Shown: in pieces, positions 11,825 to 25,037 of the stretch | How the letters are laid out: every line of letters begins with the position of its first letter | Position numbering within the stretch: position 1 is the stretch's first letter | NCBI GenBank assembly: GCA_011109175.1 | Contig: RDEW01000003.1 | Span: 496,001-560,000 of the forward strand | Reading direction: 5' to 3' | DNA length: 64,000 nt | From: Dicyema japonicum | Taxonomy: Eukaryota > Animalia > Dicyemida | Made by a program: the position numbers and the translations under genes | The notes under the pieces: model-generated | Told to the model about the DNA's origin: nothing | Seen by the model: the letters and a program-made list of their open reading frames with translations, nothing else | Database searches by the model: none

Positions 11825-13656
11825 TTTTGTTGGGGTTGTGTGATTAGTTATTTATGGTTTAACATTTATTTGGGAGTTTATGTTATAAAACAGCAAATTT
11901 GTGTTTCTCTGTCTCCGGTCATCTTCCAGGGGTCACTTGTGTGTGTCCGTATTATAAGCATCTTAGTATAAGCCACTTTTTAATAGCAAAGGTGATTACT
12001 TGGTGTCAGAACAAGGTAGGGAGTTTGGGGGTTGGTCTCCGAGTTTGATAGGTCGAGAATCACTTATGAAGCGTAATTGATATTTTTGTGTCAAATTGGG
12101 GTTTGGGATGAATGGAAATTGGTCTTCGACTTAGAGAAGATCAAAAAATAGATAACTTAAATTAGTGATAAAAAGGAATTGGTCCCTGAGTTAGGAGAGG
12201 TCGAAAATGGCTATCAGAAAACATAATGTAATTCCAAGACAGGTCCCCGACATTGAAGTGGTGACTTTCAAACTACACCGGAGGAATCCATCACTTTTTG
12301 TCATCTCGAGGCCATCAACTGAAAGGCTTCTCAGGAACCTTCTCATCCTAAGAACGTCACAAAAATAGTACATCGAGTAATACATTTCTTGCGCATGCAG
12401 CACGTGCACAAATGCTGATAAGATCCCGGTTTTTTTAAAGGAGGGTACAGAGTGATGGAGCAGTGGATTGTTGGAAAGAAACTGATGTCACATAACACTT
12501 TGGTAACCACAGTTTGTTTAAGCGGTGCGGTGACCACGGAAACCGTAACCGCACTGTTTTCCATCCATCACTGGCTCGTGTGGGTCAATGGTTGAGCGCA
12601 GAGCCAAGTTGATGGCTCTGCTGACACGTGCTATAATCTGAATATTGCTACTACAAAAACCTCCTGAGCCAAACCAAAAAAATCAGGAAGAGGATCCTGT
12701 CTCAGTAAGACAACAAAAATATTTATTTCCGTGTCACTGACACTTTAAGAAGTCATTCAGATCAGCGTCAAGTGCATTATATCGAACAAATCATCACCTA
12801 CGCCTATTTTATCTCACACGAGCATCCACCGTAAACGCAAACAGTCAAACTGAGTAAGAACTTAAGCGTAGCACCGAGCTATGGTGGGGAGACTATTGAG
12901 AGAGGCTGAGGTCACCTAATAACGCTTCTTTCTCTCAATAGTGATTCTTGGTCTTTAAAGTAAATAAGAATCGTTTGATGAATTCAATGCTAATAAAGAA
13001 ATATGGGAGGAACAACTTGGTGATCATCAAGCAAAGTATTTAGTGACCTGGGAGAGTAGTGGTTAGGTTCCCTTCTGGGAACTGGACAAAACATCTTTCA
13101 CGCATATCCGGGATTATAAAAAACTACTTGACAGTTGCTTGGTAGTTGTAGATAGTGCTGTTGCTCGTGTCGTGATTAGCTGGGAGTTCTATTCCATTAC
13201 TCCCACGAAGGATTTATTCTTGGTCTCTGCTTTTTTCAATCCCTAAAAGACGGAACCGTTTCATAACAGATTCCTCCAATTGTCAAGATCCCCACTAGCT
13301 ACTAGTTTCTCATTTATAGACTTTAGATCTACATCAAGAGTCCCAGCAAGTGTTATACATGGGGGGAAATCGAACCTGTCCCAACATTGAAGTATATTCT
13401 TTCATCACATCATTTCCCGTTATATCTACCTCCATTCTAAGAATATGTCTGTCACTTCGGGACATAGCATTCGACTGACCTTCTTTTATATAGTTTTACT
13501 CCTGATCCTCATTGACTGATTTAATCCAAAGATGACATAATTCAAGTTTAGAGATACCCTTACTTCGAATAGCCTAAAACCAAGATAAAGTCTAATTTTT
13601 ATACAAAGACACGTGCCAAGGTGTAATTTAATTACAGCTTGAGTTTTTTAGTGTTA

Positions 13657-14230
13657 TTATTATTTATTAACCCCGGATACACCGAGAAAGAAGTTAAAGT
13701 AAACAACTAATTAAGTGTATCCAGTTTCCACTTCTACAGAACCACAGTCCATCCGGAATCAGCATAAAGGGTAAAAGACGTCCATAGTTGCAGTTGTGGA
13801 AACCCCTCCAGTGGAGTGGGGAAGAGCAAATGACCCTATTTTGCCAGCGTCACCTAGACGGGTGGATCACATGACGCCACTCTATTAGGAAGAGAGAGGA
13901 GGAACAGACAAGAAAGCGGAAAACTTTAACCAATTAACCACGCAGCACCAATAATTCCTAAAGTAAGACTAGGAATTATTAACCATACAAAATAATAAAA
14001 AAACCATAATAATAACAACTACTATTGTAATATGGAAACTAATATCGAAGTATCTTCCCTTCCCTGATTTTCAACATGGATTTCGTCCACAATACTCAAC
14101 ATTAACACATCTCTCTACCCTAACTCAATATATCGCTGATGGTTGTAACCACCTAGACAGGTGGATACATTACGCCACTCTAATAGGAAGAGAGAGGAAT
14201 AGGCGAACACACAGAAACTTCAACAAATTA
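13657..14230 (-). mobile_element. SINE family B copy carrying a 299-bp templated insert; 9-bp TSD
   Basis: ttagtgtta at 13648-13656 and 14228-14236; TAA-rich tail and 3' hairpin at the low end; 13851-14149 matches 51435-51732. Confidence 0.85.
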
Positions 14231-15394
14231 GTGTTAAACTTTTTATCTCGCAAAAATATCTGAGATAATAATTATTGTGAAATAATAGAAACTTTTAAGG
14301 AAAATTAATATATCAAAGTAAATTATATTCAAGATTGGCGGGAAAAAAGATAATCTCTTAGTTATCGAATGTGGTAAATTAAAACAATTGTAACCTAGAT
14401 TAAAAAAAGAGGTCACTAATATCTGAGATCTGTTTAAGTAAGATAAAGAGATAAGAGAGACTGAATGATAATAAACACTTTTCATGAACCCCGCAGTGTA
14501 GCCAAAGGCTCAGTAATAGACCGGAGACAAAAAAATGGGCTAGAAATGGCAAAGGGTCTCTGGAAACTCGACATTTAAACTCCAGGACCCATCAGTCACA
14601 AGGTCCCACAGCTGACGGTGGAGTAGGTCTGTGCCTCCTGGGCTTATGAAATCTCAATTATTTTATGACATTTTTATAGAACGAAAATGGTCTGTTTAAC
14701 TAATTTCCCCACTCAACTATTCCACCCCTACTTGACAAGTCGGCAATCCGGAAAAATGGGTCCGGTTTCCTCACTCTCTGTGGCGTCGAATCTGATTGTT
14801 TCTTTTGATCAGCCGCTGAAACGCGTAAATCAGGAAAAAACGCCCACCTCTCCAAGTTCTGCTAAAGAGAAGCGTCGTGGGAACAGAAAAACAATGGGTA
14901 CTATGGATGAGCACTTAAAAAACCTCTCCCGTATGTTGAGGTATACCTGTATCACATAATAAGTTGATCTTAACTTCTCCTTTCTTGGTTTCCTTTTAGT
15001 AAGGAAGTATTTGAAGTCAGATCATTAATGTAAGTGACACTTCCATAATTCCAAAACCGTTGTATAAGAAAGGAGATAGATTTGTCCACTTGTTCCGCCA
15101 CGAATGAGCTCTCATGGTCCATCTAGAACCTCTCTGATACACCTCCCAAATTCTAGAACTACTCGTCCAGGACAATAAGCAGGATAGTCGTTCATGAAAT
15201 CAGGAAGCATCAAGGGAGAAGTCTTCCACGTTATCCGGGACTTCCACTCTCACCACATAACCAATTAGTTTCCCGCCGAATTAGCCACTAATTAGTAGAA
15301 AAAGACAATATTTGTTAACAATTATGTCACAATCTTATGAGAGATAGTTAAAATAATAAGTAAAACATAATCAAATCCAAGAAAAGAAAAATAA

Positions 15395-15961
<567 letters not shown>

Positions 15962-17139
15962 AACAGTTAGCAAAGCGAACAACAAGAGCAGCTACAAATA
16001 TGGTATAATATTTAGCATTTATTATAAAATTAAATTATTCAATGATAAAATAGTTTTTAATATAATAATATTAATTTAAATAGCATTCTATGATCAAATA
16101 ATATTATAGTGAATGGGTATCCGCTTTATTCTTGTAATAGAAATTTAATAGCGAGTAAAAATATTCAGAGATCTGTTTATAGTCAATAAATCGTCTAGTG
16201 TAGACATTTTTTGCAATAATTTGGGCTATTTTATTGACCTTAAAAATAAAATAAATAACTGTTTTTGAGTTTAAGCGGGCAAATAAGAAAGTTTTAGTGC
16301 AAAATAGTTAACCGAAATCTTTGCGAAATATTGTAGTTATAATCATTGTCAGATGTGAGCACCAGCCTCTACTAGCAAGGAAGAAAACCTCGTTTTTCCA
16401 TTTTATGATAAAAAATTTCTTAAAGTCTCGTTTCCAGATTCTTTCTTATTCCACCTGAACCGTCACCGAATCGGACTGTCATGTCAATAGGTTTGACTTG
16501 TATTTATGTAAATTTGCATATTGACCTTTATTCATGACACGCATTCCATTAATGGATACTTTTTTATTATCTGAATAAAAAAACGACGAAGAATTGGAAC
16601 TTGGGGACCACTGACTCTTGGCTATTCCCTCTCTGGGCTGAGGAGAAATAGGCTCAAATCGCCAACATGGGTCTCAGCTGAGATAGATCATCGAGTATTT
16701 TGAGGAAAACGTAAGACGAATGTCGAGGTTTCCAAAGTGACAGGTACAAATGTCACCTCATTGAAAATACGTCACTATTTCAATTTTTTGACCGATTAAC
16801 CAATTTGCTACCACGTAACAGCCTTTACGAAGGAAATAAAAAATCGATGTATTAAATGGCATATTTAGACAACAGTCGTAGAGGGAACTCACATGATGAA
16901 CTTTTGGACACTTGGCTAACGGGTACTATAGGGAATAGTGAGTTAACGAGGGGGGGTCTTTTAATAACACCGGATATACCTGATGAAGGTTTTATTCAGT
17001 TCTCACGGTCGAGGTCTTCAGTGAGAAACAGATCCTTTCATTTTATGCCCAACTTCAACTCTCTGTGTTTGAACCCTCACCAAGCACAGTTATCCAGAGG
17101 ACGTTGCCTGAGGAGCTGAGGTTGATTCCAGAACTCATC

Positions 17140-17290
17140 GCCAGGGAGCGAAACTGTCTCCATGTAGAATAAATAGATGGATTTTTTTGGATGCCATTGG
17201 ACGTCTCCTGAGTAAGGTGGATCCAATGACACCACCAGAGGGAAGGAAGAAAAATCTTAAATCAAGTAGCCACGTGGCACCACATGTTTA
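17140..17290 (-). mobile_element. SINE family B 5' portion
   Basis: The reverse complement gtggtgccacgtggctacttgatt..gtgtcattggatccacc..ggcatccaaaaaaat matches the other B copies. Confidence 0.65.
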
Positions 17291-17599
17291 CTGATTTTAA
17301 CATCCAATAGGGAATCGGATTTATTATACGTCCATAGTCAAGAGAAGGAAGACTTGACCTTTCATCTATCATGAAGCTAAATAGACACTCTGTGGTATAG
17401 AGGTACGCTACAACCTCAACTTTCTGACCAATTAACTATTTCGATAACTGGTTTCCATATTTTGTATTGGAAATTATTGTTTTTTCACACAATCTATAGA
17501 TTTTCATGTTTCCACTGCTAAACCTCCACGGGCAGGAAATGCACTTTTTCAAGAGGGAAATAACAGTCATGCTAATTAACAATAGAAAGGGAGCCAAGG

Positions 17600-18130
17600 C
17601 ATCAGTGTTCTTGACTTGCGAGTCACTGTAGACAATCTGGGTGAGATATCACTGATGATGATGTCGATCATTGTAGATGCATAGAATTTTCAGTGGAATA
17701 AACTTCATTGGGATTCGAACTGAAGACTGGTTCAAAATTGAACTGTCCACCAAGACTTTCGTATTTCTTTATCTTAAGGGTCTCGGCCCTTTACTTGGTT
17801 GATCCTGGCTGAGTTGTCGTCAGTGCAAAGTTGGAGAGGGGAGGTCATCCACACAGGTGGTGTCCCAGGAGAGGTATCTACCGCTTTCCCAAGGGAAGAG
17901 AGTTGTCCCGTCAGGTCTTTTGTCGGCTGTGGCGAATCCAAGAGGTTCCAACTGGATCGTCTCACAGTACTTTCGTCGATGGCTCTGGCCTCGGATTCCT
18001 CCCAGCGTCCCTCCGGCAGGAGATGGCGTGAAGAGCTTAAGGGTCGACCATCGTTCCGCATCTACAGCGGTGGGCCAAACAAACATCCACTCCGATTAGG
18101 GTGCTAACCGTCTCTGGAGTCGCCTTCCAA
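17600..18130 (-). mobile_element. CRE-type non-LTR retrotransposon relic (zinc knuckle + RLE)
   Basis: [59 protein letters not shown], with frameshifts. Confidence 0.85.
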
Positions 18131-18214
18131 TAGCGTACAAAGGAGGGTGCATGGGAAAGCCATAAGACAAGCATCTCATTTGTTCACTTGGTAACGATAG
18201 AGGAGTAGCCGAAC

Positions 18215-18520
18215 TAATTAGGTGATCCCGGTTCCCCTTATCATTTCATCCCGTCCTCATTGAAACCCTACTTTTTTTTAAAAAAGTGCCTGCGTTTATC
18301 TTTACGCAGTAATTCGATTGGAGACGGATGTTTGAGAAAAGATTGTTCATTTTCAGATCGTTCCAAATAGTGGGTTCCCTTGTTCTTGGCAGAACTGGAA
18401 AAATCCCTTCCACGAAGCACAGGAATATAGCGGGAACAATGGGTTGACTGTATAACGTAATCAATCTTCCATAACAATTTCCTTGAGGACATTCAATGTC
18501 CGTAGTCATTCGTCAAGATT
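18215..18520 (-). mobile_element. I-group LINE 3' relic
   Basis: Degenerate C-terminal ORF ending in gggaaccgggatcacctaattagtt, the shared 3' tail. Confidence 0.55.
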
Positions 18521-20471
18521 TGGTGAGCATACTTTTTGAAAGTCATCAATGAGTCATAGGTCAAGCCAAAGATAGTGGGTTTTTTAAAAACTACTATGGG
18601 CATGTCCCAGGCGACCACTGAATATTGTCTTGAGTTGCAAGTAGGATTTAAGTACAATAATCTCTTTCATCCCAAGACAGGGGATCATTGCTCTCCCTAT
18701 TTCATTCGAGGGGTTCCAGAAACTGCAAAGACTGGACGTTTTCTTCGTCGCTAATAAGTTCATCCCACATTATTGACAAAATCACTCAATGAAGGATAGC
18801 TGATTAGGTAGCAGTCGAAATCTGGGAGTAGTTAACTACCACTGCTATATTGTATCAGGTGGAAATGATTATCTAAAGAGTTCCTGGTTTATTGAGAAAA
18901 TTTTCTTAAAAATCGTGAGGGGAAAAGCGATTTCAATTTTTGAGAGCGGCCCGCTTAATTGGTGGATACTTTTAGCTACTTTAGAATTATTATTGGGGTA
19001 AATAAAAGAGATGAGTTGTCACCTTAAATCCATCTCCAATTGTGATATAAGAAAAAAACTCTTAATCACAGGAAAATGCGCATCTTATTGCTACTGAAGC
19101 CTGCGTAGGTTTGACGCGGTAAGCTTATGCCCGACTGCTGACAAATTCTTTAATTAAAAGAACCTTAGGAACTCAGAAATTTAAGGCTCAAGCTCCTATT
19201 CCAGATAGCATAGACTTACAAGTCCAAATGGTTAATTCGAACATAGAAATCCCATTTTAACACTTTTAGGGAATTGAACTTTTTGATTTCTTCTATCTTG
19301 AGGACCTGCCCACGTGGTTACTATCTCCAAATTATTCCCCAAATTCACATTTTAACAATAGCCTATTCTATCTAGGAACCTGTCCACGTGGTCCTTGAAT
19401 TTACATGCAATGTATTTACTGGCGGTGAATCTCCCTGCTACCCTGCATGAACAGTATCTTTCTTTGACTAAAAAAATTTGTGTTTGACATTGGGGAGAAT
19501 TGTCACGAAAACTGGATCCACTTAATCAGTGGTCAACTGTTAGATCTCTCAAGTAGAATTACTGCCTCTCGTTTTCCACTGACATCTCCCCAAATGTCGA
19601 CTCTGCCGAACGAAAGAAACTGAAGAAATACCAGGCCCTTTTTTATCGCTTACCTTTAGTCCCAATCGCCTTCAAAACCTATAGAGGAGTCGAATAAAAA
19701 CGTCGTCGACGAAAACGGAAATGTGATTATTGCGCGACTCATACCTCAGGATCTTAGATGGCTTTCACACCGCTTAATTACGGTCATTGTCCGTGGCAAT
19801 GTCCACTGTCTCCCAGACGATGTAGTCGGGGTTAGTACAAGTTTACAAATTAAAAGAACCGACTTTCCTTCACAACGTTGTTTATTTGTCTACTCCCGGT
19901 CCTCATAATAATCTGGTAGCTAGCAGAACAGCAACTACCGAAAATGGTCGGTCCCTGGCATCCGTCAAGTGAAACCTTGTTTATCGACTAAGAGACAAAA
20001 GGAAAGAATAATTATTCATGAGAAGAAGCTAACAAGTCAACCTTAGAATTGAATTCCTCCTCAAAAGAGTGGATAATACTCAAGTCGTAAGTTATTGTCA
20101 TTATAAATGATAGCTAGATCAGAAAGGCTTAAATAAACAACACTAAAACCGGTCACACTTTGACTTCAATTCACTGAGTTCATTATCTTTCAAAGATAGG
20201 CTTCTGATCTCCCTATGCATTTCTATGGTAACTAAGAAATTAGACCGATCTTCTTAGCCTTAACGTCCCTTATTTTATCATAGAGTTCCTGGATATTCTA
20301 AATAATCAATATTTGAAGACACTTTTTTTAGATTTATTTTATTCTCAAGCTGATCGAAGTGGTCCCCCATCACACCGTATTATTATAAACACATCACAGC
20401 GTAGTAATTTAAATATTTATATTAAAAATATTTATAAAATTTAAATAAAATAATTTCCATGGATTTTTATA

Positions 20472-21670
20472 ATGCATCCTTGGTTTAGTCGTTGAAATAG
20501 CATTTAGGTATAAAGAGAAACTTCACAATGTCTTCAAATCCAACAGCAGGAAAAGTAACAAAAATTACTTGAGCACCCATGGATGGAATTTCTTGAAGAC
20601 TGGGATTGATGACTTTCGGAGTGGGAGTCCTCACGTCGACTCTTCCAAGGTACTACGAAGTGATATTTTTGGTGCAAACTGCCAAAAATGGGGACATAAG
20701 GCCCAATCTCATCAATTTTGATAAAAAAATAAAAACGAAAAGCAAGACAAATCTGACGAAACACGAAATTTGTTTTTCCAAAAAGATCCCCTCCGCCGAA
20801 CGGAAGGAAAAGTTCATAGAAAGCTATGAGAATGAGTTGAAGAGACACCCCATCGTACTATTTGAGCATCTTCAAAACTGTCTCGATCCCATTCTCCTCG
20901 ATAGTGTGATTGGTTCGACAGATCCGGAGATCAAAGATGTCTTAGATAGCATGGACATGGATCAGACCAAAGAAGACCACGAACCCTTAACCAAAGAGCA
21001 GACGACGTTCATCAACGAGTTGTATATGTAATAAAACGAGTCCTGACGAGGATCCTGTGGACTTCCCCATCATTGGATCATGTCCGAGCTAGAAAAGTCG
21101 GAGAACCACAAGGATTGCGACAACGAAATGTACTCGAATGTAACTTGGAGTTTTATGTTAGGATAACATGGAGGAGATCGCCAAACCTTTCGTGGACTAC
21201 TTGCAAAACATATGTCCGGGGGTTGAACTGAACTTTGATGTGCCTACCCTAGTGGGGTTGTTCAAGAATAGGTGTGAGGGGTTTTTTGATCACTTTGTCA
21301 TCGCCCAAATTATGGAGAAGCATGATATCCCCCAAATTTTGAGAGAGAAGTTATCCTCAGGTAATTCTGCGATGAGTGGACCTCATGTGGAGAAATCCTC
21401 GTGGATAAAAACAGACAAAGTTGACATCACGGAGAGTACGCATTACAACTCCCTGATGAAAAAGTCTCAACAGCTTGTATCCTTGAAATATTGAATTTAA
21501 GGATGATCAGCTTCTAAAATTGCAGGGACCGAAAATGTTTGAGCGGTTTATTAAGGATAAAGATGTATGTCCATTCTGAGTATTCGTAGGTATAACTGGA
21601 TAGTCCTCAATATATTAATATAGTGACCCAACCTTTATTGCCTAATTTTATTTCTGGTAGAATTTGACTT
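20472..21670 (+). CDS. FAM47E: FAM47-family protein, multi-exon; 3' end uncertain
   Basis: Spliced MHPWYKEKL..STHGWNFLKTGIDDFRSGSP; KHEICFSKKIPSAERKEKFIESYENELKRHPIVLFEHLQNCLDP; C-terminal LQGPKMFERFIKDK. These match FAM47 motifs (WYKERL, GLDDFR, HPLALY, GAxAFKxFI). At least one frameshift. Confidence 0.7.
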
Positions 21671-21759
21671 CGTAGTTCACGAACCTCAGATATCCCCGAA
21701 ATAGGTTTTTAGCAAGTTCCCCCGTTCAAAGAGGGACTCATCTTTCTCGGTATCATGCT

Positions 21760-21975
21760 TTTTCTAAGTGGGAACCACTTTACTGGAGTAAGGAAGAGAG
21801 ATAATTTTTGGATGCCTTCCAGGCACGGGGCAAGTTTGGTGGATCCACTGACACCTCTAGGGATTGAAGGAGGCAAATAGCATAAGGAAACCCCTCGACC
21901 AAGTATGTGGTAGTGTGGGAATCGAACTAAATGAGACACAAGTGGAAGCACTAACCACTACCGTACCCTGACTGA
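21760..21975 (-). mobile_element. SINE family B copy with tRNA-like head
   Basis: Head ggtacggtagtggttag..gttcgattccc (A/B-box-like), followed by the gtggatccacc..gcatccaaaaatt..ctcttccttactccag body. Confidence 0.6.
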
Positions 21976-22689
21976 TCTCTGGGGGTGCCGTTTTTGGTTT
22001 TACTCTACTGTTAGCACTTGTTTTCTAATCCAATGGAATGGGGGTAAATAAAATAAGTACTTGGGAGCCATTACTTTCTCAAAATCGTCTGGCAATACTC
22101 GAAATGACTAACTGCGGAATAAATGAAAAAGTACAAGGTGGTTCTCAGAAAAGTATAAATTTTACAATTTCTTGTGTTAGAACACAACAACTGTTAGAAT
22201 CACAAAGAACTTGAATGGTAAAGTACACTGCGTAGTATAATTGTCATTATTCTAGCACTGTTGTCATTTGATTTAACCACCTTAAATTGAATATCCCCCA
22301 ATTGATGATAGGCCTAACTTTATTACACTTCCGACAGATAATCCTCCATATTCTTTCAATTTAGGACGGACGAGGTTCGAACACATTTCTTAAGTACTTT
22401 TTTTTCGAAACTTTGAGTTTCTGATGTCTCCCGAGTTCATCACCTCATCCTTGATAAATAAGAAAGAAAAGAACTTTCTTAAATCATAGAGCAAAATAGG
22501 GGTACGTGCCGTTTTATCGCAAATACAACCGACCACCTTCTTCCCGACACTGAGTTTCTAGGAAAACCTTGACAACTGAGTTTCTTTACGTCGTCTTCAA
22601 GTTCACTCACGTTGAATTAGCCAAAGGTGTAGATTTTTAAAAGGCGAAAAAGGCAATAAGGGGACGTTACTACCTCAACCGTGGATAAA

Positions 22690-23262
22690 ATGTCTTACTA
22701 TGGGAATTGGTCTTGGGTTCGATTCTTCACAAAGGATACTTGGTAAAAGGTTTCTTCCCCTTTTCTCTGTTCCTTAACTTCTCTCATTTTACTATATTGG
22801 GACATCCAATCCATTTGTCTCAGGTAAAGTCAAATGCCGGGGTGGCATGAAAAAGGATCTCTCGCTCTCAATTGGAGGAGTTCTTACAACTGGAAGGACT
22901 CGATGTATTCTCACCTTTCCATTGTTTCTAGATAAACTTCCAGTTTATTTATTTAATTACCAGGTAAGAGGTTAACCAACTTCTAATTAACGTATATCCT
23001 CTTCCCACGGTCGGAATAAGACGGATCCTGTCCAAGCATCATGTCTATCCATATCGGTCGTTATGAGAACCCCTCCAGATAGATCATTTTTGGATCTCGG
23101 TCAGGTATTGGATGGCTCCTAAGACAGTTGGATCAACTGAGGCCTCTTAAGATTTGATGAAGCACAGAGAAGGGAATCCTCCATTAGGTAAATAGCGATA
23201 TGGAAATCGAACCCACAGTTAATCCCGACTCGAGGGACAGCAGTAAGCACTATGCCGGGGAT
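22690..23262. mobile_element. Tail-to-tail pair of SINEs (plus copy about 22690-22950, minus copy about 22950-23262)
   Basis: Both have B-box GGTTCGATTY heads and B-family bodies (aaaaggatct..ggaggagttct; gatccaactg..ggaggggttct) converging on an AT-rich junction. Confidence 0.6.
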
Positions 23263-23354
23263 AATATTTATTATTTATTTTATTTAAATGAATAAAATTT
23301 AAAACCTAATTTTAATATTATAATAAGTTTATGTTTTAAATATTAGAATATTAA

Positions 23355-24403
23355 TTAAAGGGAGAAAATGTTATTTGCTTTCATGTAGTTCATTGGAGTG
23401 ATTGTTCTATCATTATTAAGTAAGCAAACTTGTTAATATTTTGGTTCATCACTGAAGTAATCCTTGTTGACTTAGATCCTTGGTTTGGAATAAACAAAGC
23501 AGGCTGCTGTTTGGGTTTCTTCTCAGTAGAAGACTTTACAGGATCAGGCATATATGTCGGAAACACAGAAAATGTACCCGCTTTCATTCCACCGTCCTGA
23601 AGTAATATGGGGACGCAACCTTTTTGGCTGGTGATGAATATTTGAAAACTTTGTCTTCCTTCTGGTGCTTTACCTCCCCATAAAGAGGTCCCTGTAAGGT
23701 GGAGACAAAAGGATTGGGTCCAAAATAGGAGTGGGACCTTGATTCAACCTTAAACGGTCCCCCTTTAATGAGTTTTTTGTGCTCCTCTGATTCTTTCTAA
23801 ATTAAAGTTCAAGGGGGACCTTTTTAGCGTTTTTGTACTGTTCGTAGTTCTCGTTGGAATACTTGGGGTACGTGTTAAGGCAGACGTCTGCGTAGCTGGA
23901 GATTATGATCAAACAAACCCGTATCCTGTCCCTTTTTTGTGGTTGTTTGTCATAAAATTCTTTTTGGTAGACGTTGGCATTTTTTTTCCTTTGCTCAGTC
24001 CACTAAAATAAGGAACTCGGCCACCAAAGGTCCCCAAATAACTCCCAACACTCCCTCTATTGTAACTTTCCAAGCATTACAATTGTTTGGTTCCTCCACC
24101 ATCAAGAAAAGGTTTCCAACGTGCTTCTTTAGAGCTTCCTTTTTAACCCTCCTCTTAATTTTGATGATATCAGTGTACGCCTCCCCCTCAAATATTCTCG
24201 GAAACTTATCCTCAAAGTAGCCATCGGCCAAAGCAGACCGGGTTTTCGCGTGGGGAATGATGAATTGCTTCCCCTTGCTTGCAGAGGCGTTAAAGGCCAC
24301 TTATAATGCGATTAAAACTACTTTGGCTTTGCATGTAGGGGTCACCAATTGTGATGTAACCAGAGTCTTTGAAAATCCCCAGTCTGTCCAAATCGTTTTT
24401 CAT
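23355..24403 (-). CDS. CFAP96: Cilia- and flagella-associated protein 96 (C4orf47/UPF0602)
   Basis: MKNDLDRLGIFKDSGYITIGDPY..GYFEDKFPRIFEGEAY..GSYLGTFGGRVPYFS..KKGTGYGY..FKYSSPAKKDGGMKAGTF. One 1-nt deletion at about 24112; 22-24-nt introns. Confidence 0.9.
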
Positions 24404-24524
24404 TTATTATTTTATAAAAATGTTTCTTGGATACAAAATTATTTTATTAATATTAAAGTTAATAATATTTATTAATTTTCATTAATATTTTAAGTAAATA
24501 AAATAATATATTTAACCCAATTAG
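24404..24524. promoter_or_regulatory. Putative bidirectional promoter (121-bp AT-rich spacer between divergent ATGs)
   Basis: Lies between the CFAP96 ATG (24403, minus) and the orphan gene ATG (24525, plus) and is almost entirely A/T. Function is inferred from position only. Confidence 0.5.
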
Positions 24525-25037
24525 ATGACATATTTTATACAGGTTTGTTAATTTATAAGTTTAGATGTTTGTCTTATTTCAAATAGAATCCCTCAGTTCT
24601 AAGGTTGACCACGAAAGCGAGATATCTTCACAATTGACCGATTCACTTGACAGCGGTTGTCTTAGCCTTAACCACTAGACTTTAACACCAAGTTCGAAAA
24701 TAATAAAACCAAGTAATGTAAATTTTACTTTTAGATTTGAAGGCAACTCGGATATATTGCTTCTCAATCCAGTTGTTGAAACTATGAATGTTGTGCATAA
24801 GCATAGGAACGTGTTCGAACGGAGTATGATTTACGTGTGTGTTGGTTTCACGATTTTTACTTTGATCTGTTTTACGGTCTTCGTTGCCTGTTCCATTCGC
24901 CGTAGTAGATTGGCTAAAAATATCGTTTTAATGTACTAATAGTTCAGGTTCCGTACACCCAGGAGCAGAATTTGTTCGCACAGACCGATGATGTGGTGAT
25001 TCTTGATGTAACTCCCCCGGCTTATCTTCAGATTTAG
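24525..25037 (+). CDS. Orphan type I membrane protein (signal-like N-terminus, one TM, C-terminal PPxY)
   Basis: Four 22-23-nt GT-AG introns give a continuous frame MTYFIQMFVLFQIESLSS..SMIYVCVGFTIFTLICFTVFVACSIRRSR..VILDVTPPAYLQI*. No homolog recognised. Confidence 0.55.

Noticed and set aside
12598-12621. 9-bp GC-rich hairpin (gcagagcca/tggctctgc) as a Helitron 3' end
   Set aside because: It is not followed by CTRR, and no related Helitron sequence is adjacent.
20555-20573. A second apparent 19-nt intron and an ATG at 20528 in FAM47
   Set aside because: A different frame starting at ATG 20472 reads through this segment and yields the FAM47 motifs WYKEKL and WNFLKTGIDDFR.
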